Part shown: in pieces, positions 1 to 13,912 of the stretch
Layout of the letters: the number at the start of each line of letters is the position of its first letter
Numbering within the stretch: position 1 is the first letter of the stretch
Source: Trichosphaerium sp. ATCC 40318
Taxonomy: Eukaryota; Protista; Tubulinea
Assembly: GCA_038496445.1 (NCBI GenBank)
Contig: JALMLS010000379.1
Coordinates: 62,001 to 126,000 of the forward strand
Direction: 5' to 3'
DNA: 64,000 nt
Made by a program: the position numbers and the translations under genes
The notes under the pieces: model-generated
What the model was told of the DNA's origin: nothing
Database searches by the model: none
Seen by the model: the letters and a program-made list of their open reading frames with translations, nothing else

Positions 1-1884
1 GTCGCTAGCATACCTTGACTTGTAACCCATATACTCGGTGTTAATGACAGGAAATTCATATGTACTACCGTCATTTGCGTAGTCTACAGGACCTTCAGTC
101 ACCTTCTTTGTCTTCAAGTCGAAAGTCCACAAATAGTTTTTGGCCACTTTTGTTTCAGATTTTAATTTGCCACTCATATCGACTGTAAAAAGGACCCAAT
201 GAGCAAATGTTATTACAAAGCTATAAAAATATCGTACTGTTATCGTGTCTTACACCATAAAGCAATATTTTATCTCTACAGTACCAGTCAAATCAAACGT
301 AACATATTTTCAAAATTTTCAGAAAATAATACCCTTCCTCCCATGCATTTGCAACATGGAATACATAACAGGTATCAGCTTCAAACCACATTACTTCATC
401 AAGAGACTACATAACGGCATAAGTAAAAATAAAGACACTTGCCAAGTGGCACGTGCTAGTCACGCGGCACAAGTATATATTCTTCCTTTGATGTACTTTT
501 TACTTTAAAAGCGTACCTTGGCGTGTCTAGGAAGAATAGCAAATCTTGACTTTCTCTCTTCGTTGAACACAAAGAACTTCTTATCCGATGGTCTGAACTC
601 CAAAGGTAAATCCATGATTATAGAATAATTCTCTGTAATAGCCATATCGTGCATCTAAAAGTAAAAAGTTATTTTTTCAACAAAGTAAGTTTGCACGTGT
701 AGCCTTCTTAGAAGGTATCTAAACGTACCATAACTGGTATTTGAATATCCAAGTCAAGAGGCTTTTCTGATAGCTTGCCATCGCTTGAGACTGTACGATA
801 TTGTACGTACGGCTTCTTTGCAAGGCTGTAGCCCTATTTTGTTTTGTTATTTATCAGTACAGTGAGTCATGAGTGCGTACAAAGAATATCATTTCACCGG
901 TTTTACGGTCGACTTTAGGGTGAGCCGTAAAGTTATGCTTGAGCTCACCATCGTAGTCATACTTTTTAATAGTATCGAGAGTCTGGGCAGTGACCCAATG
1001 AGGTTGACTCTAAAAATAAAACGAAACTTAGAATTTAAAGTTCAGTGAGTTTAGGTAAACGTACACCCTCCATAAGTGCCATCATACGCCTGTCATGGTA
1101 AATAAGAGCTGTATTAGCTGTATCCTCTAGAAATAAAATGAGTACAAAGAGAACCCGAGACCTAACAAAAAGAAAATGAGAAAAAAACAAGCGTACTGGA
1201 ATAAGGATCTCTGCCACCAAAGAGAGCCAAGTATGCTTTTGAAGCCATAAAGTATCCGAAACCTCTTTAATAGACCCATTAAAGATGATCATAGATACGC
1301 AGATGGTAGACGTACAGCGCTGTTTTCAAAGTTGTGAAAGAAAGGAAATACTGTTTTCCCACACGCTCTTCGTATTTATGGTCATCTGTTTGAACATAAC
1401 TAGAATGGAATGAGGTGATTAGAAGGTTTAAAGCGTGCACAACGAGTTTGGAAAACGTACCGATTTTTGTAACTAACGTTACCGTTTTGAATGCGTACGC
1501 CATGAAGCATACCATCACCTAGGTTTGGCTTGGTTAGTTTAAATAACGGCATAAGCTGTTATGCCTTCAAACCAATGATAATGCCTAAAAGTAGCATTAG
1601 ACGCGGTTTAATGTATGTCAGCGTACTTTTTATCATAGAACATGGGATTTGAACCGTTACCTACGAGAAAACGTAAACAGGTATGCAATAAGCTATTCTA
1701 CGCACGGACGAACATTCCATCAATATCTTTGGGGACTTCTCCTACACCAAGCGTAAGAAAGTCACCGTTTGCGATTTAATTATCTAGTATGTACGAACGT
1801 GCCTTCAATAACACTGAGGTTAGTAGCATCAATCTCCTTGTGTACAGGGGCGAAGTTGCCAGACGTAAACCTTTCAACTGACAT
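1..1884 (-). CDS. Carotenoid cleavage oxygenase (CCD/RPE65 family), 3' end outside the window
   Basis: Spliced translation from ATG 1884: [70 protein letters not shown]. Three of the four Fe-binding His motifs are visible; about 13 short introns. Confidence 0.93.
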
Positions 1885-2740
1885 GCTTGCGTTGTGAACA
1901 GATGTAGACAATAAACATGAAACTTTTACGGAGAATTAAGTCACCACAGTCCGTAAGAAATCCTGCGTTTAATAACTTAACGACTCTTAAGTCAGATAGT
2001 GTCAATTCCCTTTGCATACTACCCTACTATCGCGCTTGCCATGGGAAACTAATTTCACGTTGAAGCAAGAACGTAAAACAGCATGTGAGGTACAACATAA
2101 AAAAAACCCGTTTTGTAATCATCAGAGCCTACCAAGGCAGTAATGTATGCCAAAGCTAGTAGTCTAACAAATACTATCAGTGCTGATAGATCTGATACAG
2201 AGAGCGACGCATGCAAGTATGTTATGTTTTTAGAACCTGAAGACGCAAGTGATTAAAACAAAAAGTGACCTGGATTATGTACTTCTTCTAAGCTTACCAC
2301 GGATTCCTTAAGCTTGGATATATGTCACAGTTTGTTGAAGTTGGTTTTTTCAGTTTTTATCAAACTAGGCACTTGTGCATCATTATGTCTGCCTTCACTG
2401 AAGATCTACTTTAAAGGAAAATTAGCACTACTGCAAAATGATGCACAAGGCTCGTCAGTCAGGTGTACTTTTCTTCAGGTACTTACAAAGGCACTGATTT
2501 GTCAGTCATTAAAAGTTTCGAATAGAAATGCTACATGCCAGAACAGCTGAGAGACATACACTAGGTTTGGGCTGAAAAACTTGTAACATTTCTGGTCTTG
2601 GTACATTATCACCAGTGTCCTTTGTACCTGTCCGCAAATACCTGTAATATTACAAGGTTTATGTAATTTTACTATGTTTAAAAATGCTTATTTGGAATCC
2701 AAAGCACAGCAACTAACAAAAAACCTTTTTATCTCAAGAA

Positions 2741-4098
2741 TTATTTCAACCATTCGTCCATTTCAAATTCTACATTTGAGTCTAGAGTAGTGGTACCTGC
2801 AAGTTTAAGCAAACCCTTTGCATATTTCGAAACGCTACAACCAAATGTATAGATACAAAAGGCTCCAGCAAGCGGAACCACCCCTCTATCTGTAATACTT
2901 TCATTATGTTTGACACAAATCCTCCAGACACCTTCAAGCTCCTTAAGACCTTTGTTTGTTATCTTTGTGTGTGCCACATCTATTACGCTAACACCTTTGA
3001 TGTACTTAAGACCTTTATCACCAATCTTAGTATAGCTAAGGTCTATTGTGTGAACACCAGATAAAAACCGTAGTCCTTTATCTGTGATGCCAGTACATCG
3101 TGATAGCAATACTGTATGTGCTCCTGACAAACCTCTTATGCCCTGATCTGTTATTGAGCGATTTTTCCTTAGATTGATATACTGTACACCTGAGAGCGCA
3201 TTGATTCCTTCATCTGATACATCGACTCCCCTCAGGTCAATTCTTTTGACACCAGCAAGTGCTTTTATTCCTGAATCTGAAACGTTGAAACAGTTTGGTA
3301 GATATATCGTGTGTACGCCAGACAAGGCAGCCAAGTCTCTATCACTCACTTCTGTACTACCTAGATTAATCTCGTATACACCCGCCAAGTGACGGATACC
3401 TCCAGTGATATTTTTACAACCCCATAAGTCAATTGAATGGACACCTGCAAAAGTTACTAAACCGACTCTTGTCACCTTTGTTTGAGGTATCTTGATCTTG
3501 TACACTCCCTTTAAGTCTTGAATACACTCATCTCTTACACTTGTACAACTCAAATTGATTGTCGTAACGCCAATTAAAGGCTTTAGGATATCCCTTGTGA
3601 GTCCTCTACACCGTACAAGATCAACATGTTTAGCACCTGCAAATTGTTTTATATTCTCAGATGAGTACAATACAAACTTTGTTTTTTTGAGTATGTTATG
3701 CTGTGGTGAGAATGATGTATCTGCTTTTTTCCTAAAGTGATACACACGGTATCCAACAAAAAATCTGAAAGCACGCATAAAAGTGAGACAAGTTCTTGTT
3801 GCTGTCCATCTATCTGAATCTGGAAGGAAGCCAAGTATTAGACATAATACCTCATTAGGGAGACATAAAAGCTCAGATTGCGCTTGACATGAAGTAACAT
3901 CACGTGGACGTGGTTTGCTGGTAAGAATACTTCTCAATGAGGTTATTGAAAAGCATAATACAGTGTACACCAATCGGTTTAACGCCTCTAATAGCTCAGA
4001 GCTATACGAACGTGGTTCAGGGTCGCAAAGATGTACTATTTACAGTCTTTTAGTAAGAAAGCTGCTATTGAATGATTACCTGAGGGGTTTGTAAACAT
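2741..4098 (-). CDS. F-box + leucine-rich repeat protein
   Basis: F-box LLCLPNEVLCLILGFLPDSDRWTATRTC, then about 13 repeats of 21-22 aa (GVHTIDLSYTKIGDKGLKYIK type). Probable ATG at 4098 joined by a short intron to the long ORF 2741-3973. Confidence 0.85.
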
Positions 4099-4367
4099 TG
4101 CTGGTAGTGTTTTGTTTTACAACGCTCCTTCAACTTCAATTTAGAAGTTGCTTCTGTTCTCGTCAATTTTATTCAATCCATGCTCCAAAAGGCAAAAGTA
4201 AACTGATTTGTGCACGTGTAAGCTAACATGTACCAATACGATTCCATTTAGATTCATTCATACACGTATTAGAGTCTTGTTGCTCGTAGAACAGTTGATA
4301 TGTCTTAAGTTAATTTTATTTACTTGTGCGCAAAGTTACAAGTTGGTGCCTTGCTCTTATCTTTTAA

Positions 4368-5406
4368 TCATTTTACAAGGAGATATAAAATAGCAATCGG
4401 ACCCCATATCAACAAGGCAACCAAAGGAAAATTATACACAAATACAACAAAAATAGGAAGAAAAATCATTAAGCAACCCAGAACACCAATAACTCTTGAC
4501 AATTTTTCAACAAGCCATACTACTTTAACAATATGTTTGCTATGTCTTATTAAAGGATTTCCCTTCCATCCCATAGTAGCAAGGAGAAAACCAACAATGA
4601 ACGGAAGCATACCAGGAGCAAGCAAAATAATCATTATTATAGTCAAAATATCACGTGATGCTGTCTTTGTCTTACGCAACTGGTCAACATACTCCTTTAA
4701 TATAAAGTCAGTGCTAATCCAGGTTGACTGAATAGAAGAATCGTATCTACGAACCTTGTCAAGCTTGTAATGTTCTGCTCCTGCCAATACTTTACCCAAA
4801 TATCTTGCTGATGGTTTTCGCTCAAATTTCGCGCCCTCGCCCATCCCGAGAGTTGATGCGTCAATTACCCTACCATCATAGCATGTAACAGATGCTTTCT
4901 AAAGTTTATTACGCTCAATCAAAAGTCTATATCGGCAAGTAAAAAGAACACACCACTTGAACATAATCTGGGCTTTCACTCCCTATTACTTTTGCATAGT
5001 CATCAACAGTAAGATTATATAGAACACCATGCACGTGTTCACCATGTTTTGGTCTTATAGCAGCAAATCCTGGTTCGACAAACGGAAATCCCTATGTGGT
5101 TTTAGCTGGAATTCAAGTGCGTAACTCTGGAATTGACCGGATTAACGATAAAAAAGATTATCGATAGTTTTCTAGCATCGAAACGGTCCAAGTAATACTG
5201 CTTATAGCGTAAAACATACTTTTAGGCCGTAGTAAAATTGCCAATCCTTTAACACACCAGGAGAAGCCTCTATAGGTCTATTATTGTATAAGAATGCGTA
5301 AAAGACTGTTTGTAGCGTACTTTGTCCTTCTCTTTACCTCCATTACGCTTGGGTCCATATTAGATCCATACGCGAAGTACCATATCGTTTCTGTGTCGTC
5401 TGTCAT
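4368..5406 (-). CDS. Gamma-glutamylcyclotransferase-like (GGCT/GliK-like) protein with C-terminal transmembrane helices
   Basis: WYFAYGSNM motif, EPGFAAI, VHGVLY, PSARYL; hydrophobic C-terminal segments; 4 GT-AG introns. Confidence 0.85.
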
Positions 5407-5808
5407 ACTGTTTTCTGTTTTTTAAACATTTAACTTAACATGTTTGAATTGAGACCGTCACGTTCTTGTAATTGGGTAATTGTTTACCCGCCGGCACATC
5501 TTTTCATACCACAACTGATTAACGTTTAGTTGCCTTTTTCATACCTTATTTATCCTTCTAAAACAGGTACATCAAACCGATACCTAAAGACGAAAACTCA
5601 GTTTTTTTGGAGTAATTAATCTTGTTTTGACTGTTTTTTCCAGCCTGGTTGAGAACAATCAAAGAGTTAAACCGGAAATCAAGAGAACTCACAAGCATTA
5701 CCAGTCACCTATACACCTTATTTCGCTCATAGTGGTTTAAAAGTCAGTTTATTTTAATTACAATTGTACAAGGTTTTTTAGCTAAATGAAAATGGCTACA
5801 GGCGATTT

Positions 5809-6219
5809 CTACCATTCGTCGTCCAAACAATAATCGTCGTATTCTTCTTCGTCTTTTAAATGAAAGATTAAGGCACAACCACAGTTTCTACAGTCTCCTT
5901 TACCAGCTGATGAGTATTCAAAACATCTGGTGCAATTTGAGCAAGCGAAACATTGTTTTGCGCCACTGGCTTCAGATTTACGCTGCCTGGCGTTCTTTAT
6001 TGGTTCCTCAGGCGTCTCTGTTGTAGCAGAATCCTCTTCGAAATTGTTTTCAGTAAATTGTGGTTTTGATGTATTTTCGCCGTCTATTTCCATTGGGGTA
6101 ACGTCTGTAGTGTTTTGAGGTGTTGTACTTTTGTTTTGGGCTTTTTTTGCTTCTCGCTCTGCAAGCATGCGAGCATGCCGCTCGCGGTCCGACATATGCG
6201 AACTAGGCGTTGGATCCAT
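5809..6219 (-). CDS. Small hypothetical protein with disordered N-terminus and C-terminal Cys/His cluster
   Basis: Intronless ORF MDPTPSSH... containing CFACSNCTRCF..CRNCGCALIFH, a possible zinc binder. Confidence 0.6.
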   Translation of the reverse strand: MDPTPSSHMSDRERHARMLAEREAKKAQNKSTTPQNTTDVTPMEIDGENTSKPQFTENNFEEDSATTETPEEPIKNARQRKSEASGAKQCFACSNCTRCFEYSSAGKGDCRNCGCALIFHLKDEEEYDDYCLDDEW

Positions 6220-6635
6220 TGTGTAGTCTACAAAAAATACAAAATAACCGAATTTTCGCTCAACGCATACTGTTAACAGAAAAGTCTTCAAACAAGTGGT
6301 AATGTTAGAAATTTTAAATGAAAAGGCAGATGTAGACTGCAAGTTGCTGAATGTGTCAAACAAGGTTGCAACACTTAGTTGTAACTGTTGTAACTAGGTA
6401 TTTCTGTAACACGACAAACGTACGTCTTTAATACAGGATGAACGTGTATCAAGGATTGAAAAACGGCTTAATAGAACATAAACTCATTAAGCTGAAGAGT
6501 GACGAATCCATGAGCCACGTGAAAACTTGAACAAAATAAACAAAGGATTTTATTTATAACACTTATAAGTATTGCATAGCAAGAGGTTAATCGGGGCAGA
6601 TATGCACCCAATGATAGAAAAGAAAGAGAAACAAT

Positions 6636-8944
6636 TTAATATATATCCATAGAGTTCACAAACATCTTGTGCCTGTACACGCGTGTTAATATCAACATTG
6701 TTGAAAAAACTAGAGCCGTACAAATCATCTGGAGACGCTTGTTTTGGTGAAAGCTTTGTTACACGATGTTGAGGTAAAGTTCCTTAATACTGATTAATTC
6801 CAATTCTGAAAACAAAGATAAAATAAGCCAGTACCTTGTACAAGGTTGTCAAGGAAGTCATCTTTGCACCCAACTTTTCTGAGACCACCTGGTACGTTCA
6901 ATCTTTGCATATACTCAACGATCATATCAGACAATGCTCCAGACTTTTCTGACCTGTTGATCGTTATAAGTACCAGTTGTATTTCACGTTTCGTACTGTG
7001 TTGACTCAACACCAAGTACTTCAGCGGCTCTAGCAACGCGGTCTGTACGTGCAGGTTCGATGAACTAGTATTATTTATAAGTATACATAAAATAATACAA
7101 AACGCACTTTAAATACTGCTGGGGCATGCAATACAACAGACACTACAAGTAAAGCGTTAAGTATGCTCGAAATACTCTAGAAACGTACATCCATGTGGAA
7201 TAAGTGGATAGTCGAAGCCATCAGCAGTATAAGACTTGAGTTGGCTACTAACAGGATAGGACATGCCGTGCTAGTAAATGTAAGCATTTAGTTACCCACT
7301 GTTTGAGTAACGTACGCAAAGGTGAACTCCAGCAGTACCTACAAACGGAAAGTTAGGTCAGAGGGAAAAAAAACGTTTTTTGGTTGGAATACCAAATCCA
7401 ATTCCAGCGTATGTCGCCGCTAGTATCATCTGTGCACGTGCTTCCTCATCGCTTGGATCCTCAACAGCACGGTAAAAGTACTTTTGAAGAATTTTCAAAG
7501 CATAGAGAGACCACACATCAGAAATAGCTGTTTTCTAAGTCAAAGAAAAAAGCAAGAAAATACGTCATATCACGTGATAAGAAAAGAAAAAGATACGATT
7601 CGACCCTTGGTATGCAGGTCTGACATTTGGCGTTTCTGGTCGCGGACCTCTAGCATTGAAGGGAATAGCTGTGTACGATCTAAATTGAATAAGTATTTTT
7701 CTAATACTTCTAGTTGTACTCTAATGCGTGGCATAAAACGTCAAACCCAGCATAAGTCGCTACAGATCTAGGTTGTGTTGCTGTGTTTTCAACGTCAACC
7801 AACTAGCGCAAAGTGAGATCCGAAATAAATATGTTACGTACACCAAGAGTAGGCTTGAGGGAGCGATGAGCAATACCTGTCTTCGCTTTCATGTCCTCAA
7901 AATCGAAAATAGCAATACCTACAAGGGTTAAGAAGTCAACAAAAAAAAATCACATTCATTGTGAATTAATAGAACAAAAAAGTACCTGTAGCTTCACTAC
8001 CAGTTCCGGCAGTAGTAGGAATAGCAATAAGTGGTTTAAGAGGTCCAGGAGGCGGTTTTGCTATTAGTTTGAATTTTAACTACAAATTCTAAAATCTTTT
8101 CGTATCACGTGCCTTTACCGATTGGTGCATTTACGTAATCCAAAAAATCAGTTGTTGGGTGCGAAGAATACAAGTTAGCAGCTTTCGCAGTATCAATTGT
8201 AGAACCACCGCTATCGTAGCAACATCAGTGTACAGGCATTCGTAAAAATTCAAGTAAACAGCGTACCCTACTGCAATAAAACCGTCAACCTCGCTATCTT
8301 GAGCGAACTTGATAGCATGCTTGAACGACACATCAGTAGGTTCTACTTTTGTGTCCCTATCAATGTGTAAGTACGATGAAAAAACCGGACAAACAAACAT
8401 TTTGTTTTCATGAAAAGTTTTCCTAATTTGAAACAAGGGCATTTCGTTTTTTCACTTTTCCCAAACGGAAACAGAATGCTTCGTACTTGTACACAACATA
8501 GTTGACCTTGTTATCAACAAGAGATTGTTCTACCTTCGAAAGAGGGCCATCTTTTATTTTGGCGATGTTCTAAGGTGAAGTGAGCTAGAAACCGCCATGA
8601 AACGTATAGAGAGCGTACTTTATCTGTAAAAACAGCGACTTTGGAACCTACACATTTACAAAAAACGTTAAAACGAAGAAATACCCTTAAACGGCCTACG
8701 ACTTACATTTCAAGTGTACCATATCTTTACCAACCTCTCTTGTTACGCCCTTACCATACCTGAATGGCGTTTAGTTAACGCCGTTTGATTTTATGTTGTA
8801 GTCCATGTACCTGACATTAGAAGTAGCCATTTCAAAGGCGTAGTCAGTTTCATCGCCTCCTACGGTGTAAAAGGTACGCTTGGTATTTGTGACGCGCTTA
8901 GTGCGTTGTGGAGCGTATTGTCTAGTCAATGCGGTACGTAGCAT
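6636..8944 (-). CDS. ADHFE1: Hydroxyacid-oxoacid transhydrogenase, mitochondrial (Fe-ADH family)
   Basis: [76 protein letters not shown]; Arg-rich N-terminal presequence. Confidence 0.95.
7528..7596 (-). other. Candidate U12-type (minor spliceosome) GT-AG intron in ADHFE1
   Basis: Donor GTATCTTTTT; TTTCTTTGAC branch-like motif with A 12 nt from the 3' end. A nearer TAG must be skipped to keep SN-P-ISD in frame. Confidence 0.7.
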
Positions 8945-9367
8945 GTTGTTTTCAGTTGATAGGCCTGTTTTCTTTCGCCGTGCGGTGCCTTAACGTGCGG
9001 ACAATTTGCAAAAAATGAGCCGAATGTGATTCTAACTGAAATACGTTTAAGTTGTGTGAGTTTTTCGGAGAGTAGGCGACTCTTTTAAATCGCTAGTTGA
9101 GGGATATAGATTACTTACCTTATCGCAAAGGCATTAGCAACGCTTATGGGAGCAATTGTAAACAGCACACGACATGCTAGCGAAAAACAGTCGCAGTTAC
9201 CGCGTGAGCTTACATACAATCTTCGTACCCTGTGCTAGTTGTCACATCAATGTCGGTAGTAGTTTTTAGCTTGAGCTCTGTTTCTACTTTCATCAAAAAA
9301 AAACTCACGTGACTTGAAAAAAGACAACTTTGGACATAAAAAGTCTTTCGTTTATGGATTTATACAT

Positions 9368-11832
9368 TTAAGAGGACATTGACTCTCTTGCTTTGACTGG
9401 AGTGTAATCTGTCGCTGCCATAGCTCCAGCTAATCCGCTCTTATTTTCATCTGGAAGACAACCTTGTACATAATCCGTTGTAGTTGGTCCGGCAATGCCA
9501 ATTTTACGTAATTTCATTGCTTCTGATTTTCTTCTTACTTTCTTAACTTCCACACCCAACAAACACTTTCTTGATGCCCAATATATAACAGCTATTGTCA
9601 ACTTAAAAAACAAAGCGTCAGTACTCATAAAAGAAAAACTTGTATATCAATGACATACCGGTATAACCAAGATACAAACAGTTCCAACTGCAATCAATAT
9701 CCATGCCCATAAAGGCATACCAGAACCATCGTTACACCCTGTGTTTAGGATATCTATACTGAAGAGAGTATCGGCATAATTAGGATCTACATCAACATCT
9801 CGACAAGTCTGAGTATCAACAATTATTTCTTCAAAAGTCCCATTGTGACACGTGTAATGTATTGCGTCTATTGTACTTGAACCAGGTCTTGGGTTCTCAA
9901 GTTTTAAGTTTCCTGAAAAATTGACACATCCACGTATTGTTATTGTGCTATCTCCGAGAATGGTTATTGTGTTTGATGAGTTCAATGTTACGTTTCCAAT
10001 GATCACAACATCTACGTCTATGATAAAATTGTCATTGATCGTTGTTGTGTTCTTCCTCTTTAGCGTCCAAGTGCCATTGATACATTCGATGTCATTTTCC
10101 TCAAACTCGAGCCTTGTTGGATCACACTGAATTCCTATTTGTTTACGTTCAGCATTCAGTGTTTCTAAACTTACTTACCATTTGGTGGATTTGTTTGTGT
10201 TGGCGGGTCAGTCATAGGCACTGAAGTGGTGGGAGACACAGTTGTAGTGTTTGGCTGTGTGGGAGGTAGTGATGAGTTAAAACTTGGAGCTGAAGGCGCC
10301 GAAGTATTCATAGTTGAAGGCATTTGTGTTGCGTTATCGAAACTTGGAGCTGTAGGCGAAATTATAGGCGTTGGTGCAATAGGAGGTAGCGTTGTAGGTG
10401 TCAATGTTGTTGGTGTAATTGTTGTTGGTGGTTGCGTGGTGGGCGATATCGTTGGGGGCACAGGAGGTGGCAGTATAGTAAGTGACGAGCTTGGTGGCGA
10501 ATGACAAATCTCAACTATATCATCATATACCGCTGGAAAGTTCATATCCTAAATGGCTTCGTTATTAGTAGACCCACTCAGTTTTAGTATTATTAGTACT
10601 ATCTTATGTGTCCACGAACGATATGTTGAACCGCGATTTCCTTTAATGATAGCATTAAGATTTCCTGAATCTCCTGGAGCGATGCTATTGATTTGAAAAG
10701 TACATTCCTAACAGGGGAAAAACACGTTAGATCAGTATGTACACAAACTCATTACGTACTATTGTCTCGTTTTGTAGTAGTGTTATGTTACTAGCTAGGA
10801 AAGTGGAAGTCGTATTATCGATAAAAACCTATGCCAAGTATAAGAAAAATGATAAACACGTGAGAACAACTTTAAAAAAACAAATTTAAAGATTACCAAA
10901 ACTAGTCACTAACATTTGCAGGTATAGAGCAAGAAGTATTTGAAACAGTACCCAAAGTAGGAGGAAATGCGAAAGATATATCTATTATTTGAGAACCAGC
11001 AGGAACCTTCAGATAGTTATGACAGGAGATAGCAACCGGGACAGCACTTCCTATTCTTCCAATTAAAAAAAAAATTTACATTTCTTTTCTTTGTACCTAT
11101 CGCCGTCTCTGAAATGTTTATCGTATGCCAGCACATTACAGATGGAATAACGCATACTGGTACTAAATCTAGGTTCACATCTACTAAATTCCCTATGATA
11201 CTCATTGTGATTGACGTCACATTTCTATAAGCATCAATAGGATCTGCGAAAGGTACACATGTAATACTAGCTCCTGGTTGAATTTGTGGAACCGTAATAC
11301 TTGTCTCCAAAGGCTCTAAATGACTAGAACTAGTAGTAATGAACGTTATATTAGCCTGATCAACCCTCGATAAGTCCCTGGAATCACCAGTTACCATCCA
11401 ACAGTCTAGTCGTTGTAAATTTCAAAAAAAGGAAAAAAGATCCACATGAAAAAAACACAGAATAACAAAAGACTTACCTCCTATTTCTGCCAGGTTTAAA
11501 GGTGACGCTAGTGTTCCGCCTTCTCCATCGTATGTTACGGAACATGAGCCAATTGTAGCGTTGTCGGTTCTAAATACGAACGTATCGTTCCCCCACGTGC
11601 AAGTTACGTCTCCTCCGCTAGTCCACGTGCTTACCATGCGTCGGAAACCTCCAATGACGTTAGCTAGTCTTTCGCTTTGTAATACTGCTTCAGTGTTGTT
11701 CATGTTCGCTATCAGAGTCGTCGTAGTATTCTGATTTAAGAAATCAAGCATTGGAGGCACGGAACGAGGAAAAGGGGCATAAGATGGTGAAATAATAGAG
11801 GTAATTATTGTTAACACAATAATAAGCCACAT
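9368..11832 (-). CDS. Type I membrane glycoprotein with Pro/Thr/Ser-rich mucin-like stalk
   Basis: Signal peptide MWLIIVLTIITSII; many N-x-S/T sequons; PTT-rich exon 10171-10545; TM segment LWAWILIAVGTVCILVIP; short cytoplasmic tail. Confidence 0.75.
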
Positions 11833-12065
11833 ATGAACGTCACGTGAAAGATAGTTTTTTGGTAGTTATGGAACTTCAGAAATATGTACATTCAAGTCAT
11901 TTCTTTTCTGTCGGTTGAGTTCATGTGAACCAAAAATCCAACTAGCGTGGGTCCATTTAATTGACGAAAAAGGAGGTATTTTGATGGAAGATTTATAGGT
12001 AAGCATGCTAGATGCCGATATGCTGGATTATATTGCAAACATTTTTAATAGCATAGAAAAACAGT

Positions 12066-13769
12066 TTATTGCTCAGCCCAAGGTTTTTCTTGAATATTAG
12101 AATAGTCGTGGGTTTCTTTTCTAGGCTTTGGCACACAAACACAAATTACAACCATTCCTATCGCCACACCACCAAGTAGTAATACCATAAGACCCCACCA
12201 CGGGAAACAAGCACGTGATTCTTTTGCACAAATAATCTTTTTATGGAAAAACAAAGTTAAAAAAAGAAGAACTGCTGATTTAAATTCTACGTACATCAGT
12301 ATGACCATTTGCGTCCCAATCATAGTCAAAGTATTTCTTACTTGGGTTCTCCTAAAACCTTTTAGTTTGTTTCGAGATTTATGTTTAGTTTGGTGCAGTG
12401 GTAAGTCATACCTTTAAAAAAGCCAATGTTTTATCATCTACCCAAGGCATACCATTATAAAGTATGTCACCAGCAATAATCCATTTCAACTACAAAATAT
12501 ACGTTATTATATTGTCAAGAAGACTGCAAGTTCCAAAAGAAGTCATGGGAGTTTAAAACAACCAATTAGGAGCTTCAAACTTACTACATCGCCGTCACCT
12601 TTCTGATTTGGCTTGAAATCACCAGCGAACCTAGTACCATTTTAAGTAACACTTAGATATTGGACAAGTATTACCAAAAGAAAATATGCGAAAGTGTTAC
12701 TTCACTAGCAGCCCTACGAACACATAATTGTTAACAGATCAAGCCTTTTGCCAAAGAAAAACGCACCTATCTTGCGCCATGCCTTTTCCAGGGTTTGTAA
12801 GAAACTGAACAACTTGATCATGCATTTGCTCATCAATACGTGAAGGTATATAAGACTCGTTCCTTAGATATAAAGTAAGCCAGAGGCTACTAACATTGAA
12901 AAGGGTTTAACCTCAAATTAGGACAAGAGATAGAAGCACAAACGATACAAGTATGTAGTCTGGAATCCTCAGCAAAAAGTTTGTTATTTTTAGCAGGGTT
13001 CCTCAACATGTCCTAAAGATACTGTTATACTTTCAATCACGTGATCAAAGTATTATATTCTTACCTCAACGTCATCAAGGCTGTAATCCTTACCTGCAAC
13101 AATGCCTGCTTGGAGACCCCATACAGAAATATAAAAGGAAGGCTGCTGAACATCAACTTGTCTTATTGAATCTAAAGGTCCGCAAGAACCAAACAAGTCC
13201 TCCTTACATGGATTTCTTATGATCTAAAATAGCAATGAACAGTTGGAGGTTGTAGCCAGATGCGTCATTGTTACATTAGGTTGTTTATTACGTACAGTGT
13301 TTACCGCAAAAATGTTGTAGACATTTAACCAAAAAGCATACCACTCTTTCCTATTTTTTCTGTTTTAGAAAGTTCTGACTGTTATTCTTTTTACCTAGGA
13401 AGTGCCTCTGGCAATGTAGCATTGTATTGAAGTTGTTCAAGAAGCATGCCTAGTTTTGGAGAAGCGCTAATGGCTTTATAATCAACAATGTTTAAATCAA
13501 TGCTATTCTTCGCTTCTAGTACGCAGTTAAAGCGCCACGCTGATATAATCGACGTACTGAGAGATTTAGAATTTCCTGGTTTAACATTAGCACTCATTAA
13601 ATCTTGCCTACGCTATTTTAGACAAGGTAAACGTAAATCACGTGATTTATGAGAAGTAATACCAAAGCTTGAAATCTACACCAGCTATTTCATATTTATT
13701 CACTTCCTGACCTTTCCCAGAGGTTATACAACAAATAAACAACACGAGTATAAAGCCGTAGTCCCACAT
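12066..13769 (-). CDS. DUF547-domain membrane-anchored protein
   Basis: Signal peptide; DFKLWQDLMSANV, VDYKAI, AFWLNVYNIFAV, YSLDDVE, CASISCPNLR, ISHIFFWFAGDF; C-terminal TM helix. Confidence 0.85.
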
Positions 13770-13912
13770 GATACCAACGGGTGCTTTTGGAAACGGAACA
13801 AGTATTTGCCAACCAAAAACCATCCAGGTTGTTTTAGGCGTTGATGGTAGTCTCTTTATCAGTAAGCCTTGTAAACAAAGGAAGATATGTATTTATTGGT
13901 TTTTTACAACGT

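Noticed and set aside
2000-2700. Short ORFs between CCD and the F-box/LRR gene
   Set aside because: No consistent spliced model or motif.
10922-10979. Possible AT-AC intron (minus strand ATATCTTT...CTATAC) in the membrane glycoprotein gene
   Set aside because: The frame reads straight through and splices cleanly at an ordinary GTTAGT donor (PAN|VFID). Removing the AT-AC segment breaks phase.
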